Shown here piece by piece: positions 50,250 to 63,915 of a stretch of DNA of 63,963 bases. Location: the NCBI RefSeq assembly GCF_004010195.1, contig NC_057719.1:32114315-32178277 (forward strand), given 5' to 3'. Positions within the stretch are counted from its first letter, which is position 1. Every line of letters begins with the position of its first letter. Under the pieces are notes generated by a model that saw only the letters and a list, made by a program, of their open reading frames with translations, made no database searches and was not told where the DNA came from. Made by a program: the position numbers and the translations under genes. This DNA comes from Chiloscyllium plagiosum. Lineage: Eukaryota.

Positions 50250-50866
50250 TTTAGGGTCAGATATTGAACAAGTTTGAAGAGCAATGGATCATATCAAGGG
50301 TTTAAATGGATTAGGAGAAGGCTATAGATTCATGTCAGGGAAATCAAGTTAAGGGCTGATTGGATTGAAAAGGTGCATTGGGTTTATGTTTGTAGGGGGA
50401 ATGCAAACGGTTCAGAATCAGATTGAGAGGTCTTGTAACGGGAGGGAAGGGATATTAATGAAGAGGTATTGCTGGTTTTGGAAAGTGTACTTTATAAAGA
50501 AATGCAGGATAGGCTGGGACTTTCTTCACTGGAGCATAGGAAGTTGAGAGGTGACCTTATAAAAGTTTATAAAATGATGACTGGTAAAAATAGGGTTAAT
50601 GGTCGTTGTCTTTTCCCTAGGATGACAGATTTCAAGTCTAGGCGGCACATTTTTAAGATGAGAGGAGAAAGACTTAAAAAAAAGATGCAGGGCGTTTATT
50701 TTTACAGAGCATGGTTCATATATTGAATGAACTTCCTGAATGGAAGAAATGGTGGATGTAGGCACAAGTATAGTGTTTAAAAGGCATTTGAATAAGAACA
50801 TGTATAAGAAAGGTTTGATGTATAAGGGCCAGGAGCAGGTAGGTGGGACTAGTTCAGCTTGGGATT
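50250..50866 (+). mobile_element. CR1 LINE 3' portion
   Basis: DRLGLSSLEHRKLRGDLIKVYKMM. Confidence 0.85.
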
Positions 50867-50867
50867 A

Positions 50868-50970
50868 CAGTAGTCCACCGGTACCCATGGGGATACGTTC
50901 CAAGACCTACCATAGAAACCCGAAACCTCGGACAGTAGCGAGTCCATTCATTTAAATGGGAAGCATACAT
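50868..50970 (+). mobile_element. Tigger/pogo-type DNA transposon left end
   Basis: TA|CAGTAGTCC...GGGGATACGTTCCAAGACC...GAAACC resembles Tigger3/MER7-type termini; no right TIR seen. Confidence 0.6.
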
Positions 50971-51248
50971 CCTGGACCACTTATGGAAAAGTATTTAACA
51001 CCCAGCCCAGCCCTTCCTTGACTAGGAGAAAGAAATGAAAGGCTTATTATGCCCGAAATGACTCTCTCCTGCTCCTTGGATGCTGCCTCAAGGAAGGGCT
51101 GAAAGGTGTAGTGCTGGAAAAGAACAGCAGGTCAGGCAGCATCCAAGAGCAGGAGAGTTGACATTTTGGGCATAATAAGCCCTTTATTTCTTTTTCCAAG
51201 TTAAGGAAGGGCTGGGTGTTAAATATTTGTGCATATAAGGGGTCCAGG
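50971..51248. repeat. Fold-back: ~115-bp inverted repeat containing tail-to-tail PLE ends plus extra sequence
   Basis: CCTGGACCACTTATG..TATTTAACACCCAGC..TTATTATGCCCGAAATG is mirrored by CATTTTGGGCATAATAAG..GCTGGGTGTTAAATA..TAAGGGGTCCAGG. Confidence 0.8.
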
Positions 51249-51269
51249 AAAGGACAGAAAATGGGGAAG

Positions 51270-51820
51270 GATGACAATATTAAGGTGAGTATTGCAGCAC
51301 TGGATAAAGACAATGTCCCAGAGGAGTCAAGGACAGAATTAAATTGTCTAAGAGGTAAGGTGCACAGAAGATGCAATAACTCAGCTTGGTGTAGTTTATC
51401 GGCAATTAGGAAAGATATGGAGACACAAATTTGCAAGGAAATTATAGAGAGGTGCAAAAATTGTAGAGTTGTTATATTCAAAATCATGAGAGGTCTGGAC
51501 AGAGTAAAAGGAAGAAAATGCTTCCAATCATGAAAAGGTTGAGAACAAGAGGGCACAGATTTAATTTAAAAAAAAACAAAGCGAAATGTGGGAAAACAGT
51601 TTCTTGCAGCAAATGATTAGGAATGAACTAACTGAAAGTCTGGTGAAAGGAGGTTTAATCAAGGCATTCAAAAGGGATTTAGGTAGACATTTGAAAAGGA
51701 AGCATGTACAATGTTGTGTCGACAGGAGAATGGAACTAGGCAAGATGCTTGTTGGAAAGCCAGCACAGACACAAAGGGCTACATGCTGTCCTTCTGTGTG
51801 GAACAATTCAGTGATTCTGC
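51270..51820 (+). mobile_element. Internally deleted CR1 fragment (endonuclease piece fused to the 3' end)
   Basis: QICKEIIERCKNCRVVI joined directly to FKIMRGLDRV. Confidence 0.65.
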
Positions 51821-54385
51821 AATTTTGTATTTCTGTATCCGGGAAAGAAATTAGTTTGGGGACCAGGGCTGGGATGGGTTGGGTGTTTAAATGGAGTGGT
51901 GCATTTACCCACCCATTCCTCCTTGTTCCTCTCTTGCCAACCCTAATGGGAACTGAAGTAAATATAGATCAGTCTCCAAAGGCAGAACTGGGATATTTTA
52001 TATTTTTGATATTTTAACTGCAGGAGCAGTAGTGGCAAAATCTGCATGGAACAGGAACTGGGTTGTAGAAAACTGACAAGGTTATTAGTTTAAAGAAAAG
52101 GCATCATTGAGGACCAGGACTGTGCGACTGCTTGGGTAATGCATGCTGGCATGAACGACATTGTTGAATGAAGGGATTATTCAAGGCTGTCCTGAAACTT
52201 GTAATAGGCAATGAACAATAAGGTCAAGGCAGTTTGATTACTGCCTCAGCTTTCTGACAGGATAATGTGTGTGAGCTGACACTGAGAGATGAAATGCATT
52301 TAATAGCCTCTGATTGGCAGAACAGCTAAGTTGCCAAGTTTTGTTGCCAATCTGACAAAATAAAAATCTCTCTAGATAGCTTTAGGTCTGCTCAAACCTA
52401 CAGCCCCCCTCCATTCAGGTGAGAAATCATTCTGACTATAATTACTCTCCTGTTGAGAAATAGCTGGAGATTTCTTCCAATGAAAATTGCGTTTAAAGGT
52501 CTCCTGTTTCCAACATGAGTGACAGCTCATGCTCAAAAGCCTCTTGCAAGCTGCTATATGCCATGTAAGTTGTTGGCTAGTTCTTCAATTCAGACTCTAA
52601 TGTGTCAGAAGCATTTCTGGACTTTATCCAAACAAAAAAGAAGCACTTTTATGTATAAATATGAGGTACACTCACTTTGCTGGATTGTGCAAGGGAACAT
52701 GTTAGTTGTACACTGATCAAAATCCGTTTCTTTCAAGGATTAAAATCACCTTTTTTCTACTTGATTCTTATAATGGATTTGCCCCATGCTATTGCTGTCC
52801 CTTCAGCATTAGCTCTGGGCAGCCAGTTAGAAGACCTCACCCGCTCTCCACCTGATAGATTCAGTGTGAGGGCTGAGCCTTTTGGAACGCCAGGCTTCAT
52901 TTTAGCTGACAGATTGTAAATGAGAGCCCTGCAGCAGCTCATCAGCCCTGGGGATGTGGTGATATTTTCCAGCTGAGCCATCCCCATGGAGCGAGGAGAT
53001 GGGGAGATGGTTCATTTTGGGAAGAGAAGAAAACTACCCCATTAGATCCCGGCCCCTGATCAATGTTGTCAAACTTAATCTGTGAGCTCCACTTAGCTTG
53101 GACCTTCAGTTGATACTGTGTGTAGCATCGGAATCACAGAAACACTAGAATTGTTCCAGCTCAGATTTGAATGTTTGGCCCATCATGCCTGCTTCGGGTC
53201 TGATAACTTGTTCCACTCTGTATCTTTAAAGCTTTGCTCAGTCTTTCCTTCCAGATAATGATTCAATTCCTTCACTGGCCTCACCATACTCTCAGGAAAT
53301 GTACTCCAGATTTCAGCTACTTGCTGTATGAAAAATAGTATATGTCACCGTCACTGCTTTTGCTAATTACAATAAATCCTTTATACTGACTACCAGTACC
53401 CTTTTTGATCTTAAGGCCCACAACCAATGGGAATATTTTATTTTCCTATTTCTTCTGCATGACCTCCGTATGAATTTGAATATCCCTATTCAATCTCCTT
53501 TCAACACCCCTGTTTCAAATCCTCCCACTATCATTATCCTTATATAAGTAGTAGGATACCAATTTACGTATCGAAGAAATATATGAGAACATTTAGGCAA
53601 GCATTTCTTTTATCCAGCAACAGAACGATTACACCAGCAATAGCAGAAATAGGTGAAAACCATTCCTTTCCACTTCTGTACTGCTAACACTCCAATTCTC
53701 CAGAGTAAAATGCCTTCAAAATTCCCCCATGGTGTGAAACTGAGTTATATGATCTGACAACAGTGTTTTTGTCAACTATTGAAGAGATCACAAAGCCATT
53801 GACTCCAATATATCCTTGGGTTCAAAGCATATAAATTCACCATTGGCTGAAATACTCCCCAATTCAGATCACAGGAAGACCTGGCTGTCCGATGGAAATT
53901 TGCCTGATTAATACAAGCACAAATAAACAGGTTTGGAAAAAACCTTGAATTGTAAAAGCCAGCACTTTGTTAGACACAACATTATTGGAAGACTAGCAAT
54001 CTGTTGGCATTAAATTAGACACATCAGTTGGAAATAAAATAAAAGTGAAATAAAGAATAACAAGGATAAGAGAAAGGGAAAGCAAGGAGATAAAAGGCAA
54101 TTATGGCTGAGTATTTACACCTGTAATGAATGCACAACTGTCAGTATTTACTCCTTTGAAATAACAATGTTTGGAGTCTGCACAGCATAGTTGAATGAAT
54201 AAAAAATCAAATGTTGTGATCAGTGATTCCACTCTTACCCACAGGGAGCTCTGCTGAAGTCCCACCAGACTGCAAACAAACCAAAATCATTAAATGATGT
54301 ATCTATGCCCTTTTACACAACCCATCTAACTGTGAAAATCCTTGAAAATGTTATATCTTTTTGAATGAATGAAGTGTGTAGTGAT

Positions 54386-54895
54386 TGTGATGAGGTCAGC
54401 CAAGTGGACCTTATAGAATGTGAGTTCCCTGATGGGGGTTGTTAATCTAGTCAGACATCCTGTTCACTCTGAGAGCTGGCTCTGAGGGAGCTGGATCAGT
54501 GTCAAGTACTCTCCACGTGTAAATGAAGGGTGGTTTGGTGACAGATACCAGCCTCTGTAGAATTATTTCAGTGGCGATGAAAGAAAAAAAATACATTCCT
54601 GAAGAAATTTGCTTACAACAGTCGTCTATCAGTTTGGGGAATCATCTCTGGCATCAGGTCATTATTTGGGAAACTTGACTCATTTGATCCAGCTCAGTAC
54701 ATAGAAGGAATGGGTTTTTCTTTGGGCAAATGTTATTGTGGCAGATGAGAAACAAGTAATTCTCCTCACAGCTTGTAGACCCACAACTTTGTTTGGTTAT
54801 TAGGAGCTTAATGATTCCTGAGGCACCAGATACTAAAACCTTTTGGGAGTTGACAGATTTAATTAAGGGATATTACAACCCAAAGCCTCCTCTAA
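54386..54895 (+). mobile_element. Gypsy 5' LTR (54386-54570), PBS and gag N-terminal remnant
   Basis: TGTGATG...TATTTCA then GTGGCGATGA (PBS-like); decayed LFGKLDSFDPA...ANVIVADEKQVILLTAC...IRSL.IPEAPDTKTFWELTDLIKGYYNPKP. Confidence 0.75.
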
Positions 54896-55479
54896 TGCGC
54901 TCTTCTTGCCTATATACATCTCAGCCCAGGTGTGCTGTGCAGTTTTTTTGATGCTAAGAAGCACATACCAGTTTAAAGTGGATGTCAGTATGTCTCCGTT
55001 TTTATACTTCTTTAACATGTCATGTGGACTGACACTAGTACATCCTAGCAGATTGAAAATTTCAATTGGTTGTTTTGCTTCTCCTAAATTACATGGCTGC
55101 AGAGGTGAGTATACCTGTGAGGTGTTCAAGGTGAAATAAGATACATATGTAGACATGATGTTCCAGTCATCATAGCATGGAGGAACTGGGATTTTCCTAT
55201 TTGTCCACTCATATGTTCATGTGTGTTCTTTAAGTTTAGTGCTGGATTTTGTGTTGGATGAAGAAATGGTTACATTCTTGCTGATAGGAGGTTGTTGTTA
55301 ATAGAAATTTTCCTGCATGTGGAGAAGTGATTGGGCCCTCACTGATTATTGGCATTATGAATAATCTGAACATTGGTGTAAAATTATATGCAAGTGTAAG
55401 GCCTCAGATGAGATAAATAAATAAATGTCAGGAACATGATCAGAAAATTTACAGAAGATAGAAGAATTGACTGTGTGAT

Positions 55480-56060
55480 TGGTAATGAAGAAGAAAGCTG
55501 TGGACTCAGGAAACTGGTGATGGACAAGTCAGATGCTGCTGCATTGGAAACTCAGAGGAATGTGAGATAAAGGGTTTCAGGGAGGCTGGCAAGGCAAGGG
55601 AATACACAATGAATGAAAGGATATTGAGAAGTGCAGACAAAGAAAGGTGTACATATCTAGAGAGTGCTGCTATTAGCTGGCTAGGTAGATAATGTGGTCA
55701 ATTCTTGACTTCATTAGTTGGGAGGTCGTTCTGGATCTGTATAAAACACTAGGTTAGAGTTGGAGTACTATGTGCTGTCCTCAGCACCATGAGAGAACAT
55801 AGTGAGGATATTCCCTGGACTGGAGAGGCTTCTAGTTATGCGAAAAGATAGGTTAGGGGCATTTCTATCAGAACAAAGGGAGCTGAGAAGAAAGTGAATT
55901 AACACTAATTGAAGTGAAAATAATCATGAAAGATTGAGATAGAATGGATAGAAAATCCTTATTCCCCTGAGTACATACAAATATATGGCCATGCATGTGA
56001 GTAGATATCATTTCAAACATGTTGAGATCCATAATACAAACAAGAGACATTTGGGTAGCA
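55480..56060 (+). mobile_element. Highly decayed CR1 fragment
   Basis: LYKTL...LEY; FPGLE; LIEVKIIMKD*DRMDR-like motifs. Confidence 0.5.
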
Positions 56061-56489
56061 TCGGCAGAAAAGGAAACAGATTTAATGGTCTGGATTGTAT
56101 TAATCCTATAGGAATGTGTTGGGAATTGGGACATGAAGTGTGGGGGAAGGCTGGGGTTGGTTGCCTGTTGGTTTTGTTCTGCCATGGCATTTCATCCTTG
56201 GTGGGGAAGGCAGAGTGGGGGCCTTCTTCCTGGGGTAGAGGCCAGTTGAGCTACTGGGGACCTCCCTGTGGCTTAGATGTGCCCCTCTATTCAGGCACTC
56301 TGTAACCTATACAGGGATCTTTCCAATATCAATGGCTTCCCTCTGCTAATACATCAATACCATGAGTCTATGAAGGCATAAACTTTGAGCAGAATGATTT
56401 GAGATCTAACAAATGACAAAAAGATTCCAACTTGGTTCTGTGAAAATATTGTGGTGACCCATGCTGTGAGAAAAACCTATCCAGGCAGT

Positions 56490-56745
56490 CTCCATGTTGG
56501 GACAACATTGATAGCCCATCCCTAATTATCACACTGGGCTGTTAAGAGTCAACAACACACAGGTCAGACCAGTTAAGGACAGCAGATTTCCTTCCCTCCA
56601 AAACATTAGTGAATCAGATGGGTTTGTATAATAATTGCATAGAAAACATTGGGCCAGATTTTTATTTCTGATTTTTTAAAAATTAAAACTTCACCATCTG
56701 TCATGGTGGGATTTGAACGCACAACTCAGAGCATTAGCACCACCT
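56490..56745 (-). mobile_element. Old SINE (same family as 1195-1405)
   Basis: GTTAAGAGTCAAC...GGACAGCAGATTTCCTTCCC; B-box-like GTTCAAATCCC on the minus strand near 56710. Confidence 0.5.
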
Positions 56746-57182
56746 CCCTTTGAATTGGTTTGATTCAGTAAAATGTTTAAAAAGTGAAATCTTGTCTATC
56801 AGTTTTTTTTCCATTGGCTTTGTGAGGATGGATTTCTTTTAAAGGTGATAGACTATTTAGGGACAAGGTGACTTGAACACTGAAGTAATAAGCACAAGGA
56901 GGCCCTTTAAGGGTGAGGACAGTTGAGTGGTGGAAGAAAAGATAATAAAAGGGAGCCATGGTGAGGCAATGTAAATGGATGGTGTAAGAAAGGTTTGATA
57001 GAGAGCTGGTCTCCTCTTGCCCATCATTTCAATATGACACTGTCACTGTGTGATTGCTGTGCCTAATCTACACAACCAAAGTGAAAAAAATGTTTTGAAG
57101 GAGTTTGCATTTTGAACAAATACAAATTGAAAATTAGCCACTGTATATAAAACAAAGAGCTGTGTACATGGGAGATCTAGAC

Positions 57183-57349
57183 CAATGATAGAAATTGCAG
57201 GCAAAACTCAGCATCTGTGGGAAGAAAGCAGACTTAATGTTTTGAGACCATGCTGATGAAAAGTCACCAGACTTGAAATATTAACTTTGCTTTCTTCCCA
57301 CAGATGCTGCCAGACCTGCTGAGTTTTGCCAACAATTTCTACTTTCATT
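57183..57349. mobile_element. Palindromic PLE-tail dimer (family C)
   Basis: GCATCTGTGGGAAGAAAGCA mirrored by TGCTTTCTTCCCACAGATGC around CTGATGAAAAGTCACCAGACTTGAAA. Confidence 0.7.
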
Positions 57350-58039
57350 AAAAATAAGTAGGCACAACATTGAAAGAGTGTAGTATTGAAAGGGCTCATT
57401 TAAAACGATGTTAACCATATCAGTGCTGAGCTACATGGGGCAACTATTTCTGATCTCAAGCTGAACATTAACATATCTCAAGTATTAGCAAGGAGGTAAC
57501 CATAACAATATAGAAATAAATTACACCTTCAAGTCAAAAAATGAGCCTGGTCTCTGTTGTTTTTGTAAAAAAGATAAATCCCATTAATACTAATTTGTTG
57601 TAATTTTATTTACTCTCCATTCTGCTTCTGCCTGCAGCTATGAGGAAAACAGAGAAAAAACTGTATCTGCCCACCACAATAATTAATAGATTTTTTTTTA
57701 CATTAGGCTAATTGTAGTGGAAGTTATCTAATCAATTGATATAAATCTTTTCATAATTCAAATAATGAATGGAAATTGTAATCCCCAAGAATGGATGGGT
57801 GGGAGTTTATTAATTTTTTTTAAAAAAAGACAAATTCACTGGTAATCTATTAGCAACTTCCTTTTGATGGAGGTAGACTGGGGCTGGGTAATTGTGTGAG
57901 ATATTACTTAAATTTTTTAAGGAGGCAATGTGACTCTAATTGTATCCATATTCTCCATTAACACTGGCCAGCCTGTTTTCTTAGTTCTTGGAATATCTCA
58001 CAGCTAAAGGGAGTCAGTAAAGACAAGATGAAATGAGCT

Positions 58040-58995
58040 TATTTTATTCTTTCTTGACACGCGGGCATTGTGAGCAATATTGACATTTGTTGCACATCCT
58101 TAAATGCCCATGAGAAGGTGGTGGCGAGTTTCTTCCTTGAATCAGGGTAATCCATGTGGCATGCTTGCAACCTTTCTGTTCGCTGCCATTGTCCTTCTAG
58201 ATAGTAAGGTTGTGAGTTTGGAAAGCGTGGTAAAGAGGTTTGGTAAAGAAGCCTAGATGAATTTCTTGCAGTGAATCTTGTACATAGTTCATACTGCTGT
58301 GACTATGCAACTGTAGGTCAGTGATGGAAACTGAATACTAAAGTTGGTGGATGGGGTGCTAATCAAGCAGATTTCTTGGATCATATTGAGCTTCTTGAGC
58401 ATTATTGGAAGACAAGTGGAAAGAATTCCATCACACACCTGATTTGTGCCTTATTATTGGTGGACTTACAGCAAGTGACTTACTTGCTTCAGAACTCCCA
58501 ATCTCTGACCTGCTCTTGTAGCCACAAGATTTCTATGGCTGATTCAGTTCAGTTTCTGATCGTTGGTAATCCCCAGGACATTGAATGCCATGAGAAAATG
58601 GTTGCATTGTCTTTTGTTAAAGATAGTAATTGCATGACATTTGAGTGGTGCAAATGTTACTTACCATTTGTCAGTCCAAGCCTGGATGTTCTCCAAGTCA
58701 AGCTGCATATGGACAAAGACTGTTTCAGTTGCTGGTGAGTACTAAAAGTCATAACTTATCTGCAGACCCTCTCATTTCTAACCTTCTGATAGAGGGAAGG
58801 TCATTGATGGCTGGGGCTTAGGACACTGCCCTGATAAACACCTACAGTTATATCCTGGAACAGAGATGACTAACCTCCAATAACCAGTTATCTTCCTTTG
58901 TGCCAAGTATGGAGAGCTTTCCTCATCTTCAAGTTCATTTGAACTCCTTGAAGCCACACTTGGTCAAATGCTGCTTTGGTGTTGGGGCAATCAGT
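58040..58995 (-). mobile_element. Second LINE family fragment
   Basis: Reverse-complement similarity to 12975-13850; DFKGVQMN..AAFDQVW-like RT region near 58940-58990. Confidence 0.6.
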
Positions 58996-59699
58996 CTAAC
59001 CTTTTTTTGAGGACAATAGTTTTCTCATACTGGTTTTGGGTTAGAAGCAGCAGGGTGGCCAATGGCATACCTAGCTTAGCTGTACCTATCAGCCTGTCCC
59101 TTCCCCCATAACCCATGAGTGGATATCTTCTTGATATTCCCCAATCCCTTCCAGTATCTAACTTACTACTTTCCATTGTCTGCACTTCTAAATCTGACTT
59201 CCCTATCTTTGATTTTTGATATAGATCTCTCTGTCTCACACAGCTCCCAGTGACCGATTCCTCTTCTCAGTAACTGATGTTTGATTTATGTCTGATGCTC
59301 CCTGACCTCTAATGTGTAATTAACTCTGTTCACCTCCACCCTGGTGTCTGGCACGCCTCTGCTTCACTCCCTTGACACCTGCCTGACCATTAGTCTCACA
59401 ATCTGCTAGCTGCAGATGGGAAAGCAATTTGAAAAATATGACATGAGGACCTGCAGCTAAATGTGTCTTCCAGAATCAGTGACTTGAGCATTCGAAGATA
59501 GTGCAGGTGAATAAGTAGCAAAGCAAAAGGAGCACAAAGAAGACCAGAGTCAGAAATGTTTAGAGCACATCCAGAGAGATATTGCAATTCATTCATTCAT
59601 TTACTGCCCATCCCTACATGACCTTGAGAAGGCAATTGTGAGGTGCCTCTTGAACCTCTACAAACACCTTAATAAAGGGACACACATATAAAGCAATAA

Positions 59700-60943
59700 A
59701 ACATAGGAGAAGCATGAGGCCATTCAGCCCATCAAGTTTGTTCCTCCATTCAATGAGATCCATGCTGCTCTGAAAATCCTCAGCTCCACTTTCTTGCCTT
59801 TTCACCATTACTTTGATTCCCTTGCTGATTAAAAATCTATCCTAACTTTGAATATACTTTACAACCTTACTGCTACAGCCCTCTGCAGTAAAGAATTCCA
59901 CAGATTCACTACCCTCTGAATGAAGAAATTCCTCCTCATCTCTGGCTTAAATGTGTGACCCCCTTATTCTGAGATTATGCCCTCTGATCCTAGACTCTTC
60001 CAACAAGGGAAACAGCTGTTCTGCAACAATCCTGTCAAGCCCTTTAAGAATCATATATATATTAATAAGATCATCACTCATTCCTTCAAACTCCAATGAG
60101 TATAGACCAAATTTACACAATCTCTCCTTTTAAAATAATCCCTCCATACCTGGTATCAGTTAATAAATCTTGCCTGGACTGCCGCTAATGCAAATATACC
60201 TTTCCTTAGATAGGGGGCCCAAAAACTGTACACACGACTCTAGCTGTAATCTGACAATGCATTTACCAAAAAAAACCTCTTTGCTTTTATACTCCATCCC
60301 TTTGAAATAAAGGCCAACATTCCATTTGCCTGCTAAATGTGGATGCTAGTGTTTGGCGATTCATGGGCAAGGACTCCAAAATCCCTGTTGTGTGACTTTC
60401 TTGAGTCTTTCTCCATTTAAATAATATTCAACTCTTCTATTCTTCAAGCTGAAAAGGATAACTTCACGTTTTCCCACATTATGCTCCATCAGCCATGTTT
60501 TTGCCCACTCATTTTGTGTCATTCTCTTCATTTTCCTTCACACCTATTTTTGTGTATTTGCAAATTTGGCTGTAGGATATTCACTTTCTTCACCTAAGTC
60601 AATAATAAATATGGTAAATAATTGTTGCCCAGCACTGATCCCTGTGGTGTTCCCCAATCACAGATTGTTATCTTGAAAATGTCCATCCCCATTCCAATTC
60701 TGCCTTCTAACCTATCAGTTATGCACTCCTCCATCCATGCTAATATATTACCTCTAACACCATGGTTCATATCTTATTAAATAGCCTAATTTGTGGTACC
60801 TTATCAAATGCCTTCTCAAAATCCAAATTTATTACTTATTGCTCCCCTTTATCCTGCTTGTTTTGTTCTCGAAAAATTACAGTGAATTTATTAAGTACGA
60901 TGTTCCCTTTATTGAGCCATGCTGACTCTGCTTGTCCCATTTA
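59700..60943 (-). mobile_element. Old CR1/L2-group LINE RT plus 3' end
   Basis: Minus LDFEKAFDKVP; GEHHRDQCWA corresponds to a decayed GVPQGSVLG region. Confidence 0.7.
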
Positions 60944-61800
60944 GCACAGTGATAGTGCTACATAACATGATGGAGGGTATTCTCAATGTGAAGGTGGGAC
61001 TTTGTCTCGACAAGGACTATGCGGTGGTCACTCTTACCGATACTATCATAGACAGATGCATCTGCAGCCAGTGGATTGGTAAGGATGAGGTCAAATATGT
61101 TTTCCCGCTTGTTGTTTCCCTCACCACCTGCCACAGGTATAGTCTAGCACCTATGTCATTGTGCCAAACAGCACAGAAACAGACCCTTCGGTCTAACCAG
61201 TCCATGCCGAACATAGTCCCAAACAAAACTGGTCCCACTTGCCCATATCCTTCCAAACCTTTCGTATTCATGTCCTTTTCCAAGAGTTTTTTAAACGTCG
61301 TAATTGTGTCCACATCCACCACTTAGAGTCCTTTAGGATATGACCAGCTCAATCAGTAGTACTGCTGCCAAGCCATTCTTGGTGGTGGACATTAAAATTC
61401 TTTACCCAGAGTACATTCAGTGCCCATCTCATTGTCAGTGCTTCCTGATGCCACGTGACTTCATGGAGTTGAATAATGGGACATATCAGGGACATATAAG
61501 TATGACTATGTGAGGCTGTTGCTTGACTTAGCTGTAAGACAGGTCTCTTGTTTTTGGCACTAGCCCCCAGATGTTAATAAGGAGGACTTTGCAGTGTTGA
61601 CAAGGCTCAGTTTGCTTTGTCATTTCTGGTGCATTAGTGGATGGCAGGTGGTCTGTCTGGTTTGTTCTTTTTTTCTTTTTAGTGGTTGATACAATTGAGT
61701 GGCTTGCCATTTAAGAGGGTGGTTAAGAGTCAACCACATTGCCTTGGGTCCAGAGTCACATGTAGGCTATATTAGATAAGGACAACACTGTCCTTCTCTA
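60944..61800 (-). mobile_element. 5' region of the second LINE family, with a nested CR1 3' piece (~61165-61322)
   Basis: KVLLINIWGLVPK; TTSGKTYLTSSLP.. (PTRGKN.LDL-like); KSHLHIEN; CR1 piece TTFKKLLEKDMNTKGLEGYG. Confidence 0.6.
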
Positions 61801-61805
61801 AAGGT

Positions 61806-62007
61806 TGAGTAGGGTAGCATTGGAAAAGCACAGCAGGTCAGGCAACACCCAAGGGGCAGGACAATTGACATTTCAGGCATCAGGAAGGGCTGATGAAGGG
61901 CTTGTGCCCAAAAGATTGACTCTCCTGCTCCTCGAATGGTGCCTGACCTGCAGTGCTTTTCCATTGCCACCCTTTTTGACTCTAACTTTCCAGCATCTGA
62001 AGTCCTC
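61806..62007. mobile_element. Palindromic PLE-tail dimer with TSD
   Basis: TGTCCTTCTCTAAAGGT / TGTCCTTGTCTAAAAGGT flanks; CTGATGAAGGGCTTGTGCCCAAAA core. Confidence 0.75.
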
Positions 62008-63052
62008 ACTTTGTCCTTGTCTAAAAGGTGTCTGAGATCCCTAATAAAAAACCCTTGTAAATCAGATGGGTTTTTACAGCAATCTACAATGTTTCCACAT
62101 TAGAATTTAACTTCAGATTTTTAAAATTGAATTCCATCTGCCGTGGGATTCAAAGAACATTTCCTGCCTTGTTGGATTTCTCAAACATCAAGAATCCCAC
62201 TAAAGCCATCACCTCCTCTCGGTGTACTGCTGAAACAAAGAAGGATTGTTACTGAAACCAAGTATTCTGAAACTGATGCATAGGCAAATAGGTTTGGCAA
62301 GCACTCTCGGGCAATACAGGAAGTAGCAAAGTTTTGTCAGAGTTGCAGTTTGTTCAGGTTAAAGCACAACATGTCAGCAACTACAGCATTAGAATAATCA
62401 AGTCTGGGTGCAACAAAGACATGCTTTAGCACTTCAGTGACACAGGAGACCAAATAAGACAATTTCAGCAATACAGAAGTAGAAATAAATTGGGAAAGAA
62501 GTGGTGACAAAGATTAATGGTTTATAATTTAGCTCAGCAAGAGAACAAACCTTGCAATAGATGGCTATGAAAATGAGTCAGCTACTCAGCCTTGGAGTTT
62601 TGTACAAGAATTAAACTCATCAGTGTGGTGTTGAAGGAATTCTTGCTTGAATTCTTGACTTCAGTTAAATAATTTGAAAACACGACAGCGATCTAAGAAT
62701 TAAGGGCGGCCGTAAAGATCATGTTGCAAAATCTGTAAACTGACAACATTTCTGATGTGAGGGATTGGGGGAATAAACAGATCTCAGACAGAATTGTGGA
62801 AGTTGTTGTGCAACAGGAGTTGAATTGAAAAGAGTTTGACAGAAATGTTCACTCTAAGAGGCATGGTGCACAGTCACATAGCGATCAGAAGCTGCAGTAG
62901 GGAAAGAACCAACCATGCATCGGTAATGTTGCCTTAAAAATGCTTACCTGTGTTGGCTGCTTGTTAGTCAGAAGCAGTCAACACAAGTTGTACAACAAGT
63001 TGACCATGTACAGCAATCAGAAGTTCAAGAATTAATTGGTCAAAGGTGCAAG

Positions 63053-63915
63053 TCATAGAGTAATAGAGTCATACAGCATGGAAACAAATTTTCAGTCCAA
63101 CGAGTTTACACCGACCGTGTTGCTAACTAAGCTAGTCCCACCTGCCAAACCTTTCCTGGTCATGTGCTTATCCAAATGTCTTTTAAAAATTGTAATTAGA
63201 ATAGAATATCATAGAATAGAATCCCTACAGTGTGGAAACAGGCCCTTCGGCCCAACAAGTCTACACTGATCCTCCAAAGAGTATTCCACCCAACCTACAC
63301 ATCCCTGAACACTATGGGCAATGTAACATGGCCAACTCACCTAGCCTGCACATCTTTGGATTATGGGCAGAAACCTGAGAGACCCCACACAGACATGGGG
63401 AGAATGTGCAAACTCCACACAGACAGTTGCCCGAGGCTGGAATCAAACCCTGGGCTCTGGCACTGTGAGGCAGCAGTGCTGATCGCTAAGCCACCATGCC
63501 ACCCAATTGTACCCATATCCACCACTTCCTCTGGAAGTCCATTCCACACAGGAACCACTCCCTGGGCAAAAAAAAAAATACTCCTTTTGTCTTTTTTAAA
63601 ACTTTCTCCTGTCACCTTAAGAATATGTCCCTAATCTTGAAATACCCCACCCTTGGGAAAAGACACCTGATAATCACCTTATCTAAATTTCTCATGACTG
63701 TATAAACCTCTATAAGGCCACCCCTCAGCCTCCTATGTTCCAGTGAAAAATGTCCCAGCCCTATCTAGCCTCTCCTTATCATTCAAACTCTCCAGTCCTG
63801 GCGACATTCTGGCAAATTTCTTCTGGGTTCTCTCCAGCTTAATAATATCTTTTCTATAACCGGGTGACCAGAACTGGGCTTCAGAAGAGGGTTCATCAAC
63901 GTCCTGTACAACTTT
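63053..63915 (-). mobile_element. CR1 3' portion interrupted by an HE1 SINE
   Basis: FFAQGVVPVWNGLPEEVVDMGTI; CR1 tail at 63053-63190. Confidence 0.85.
63195..63504 (-). mobile_element. HE1-type SINE with 7-bp TSD
   Basis: AATTGTA at 63188-63194 and 63505-63511; GGGTGGCATGGTGGCTTAGC head. Confidence 0.85.
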
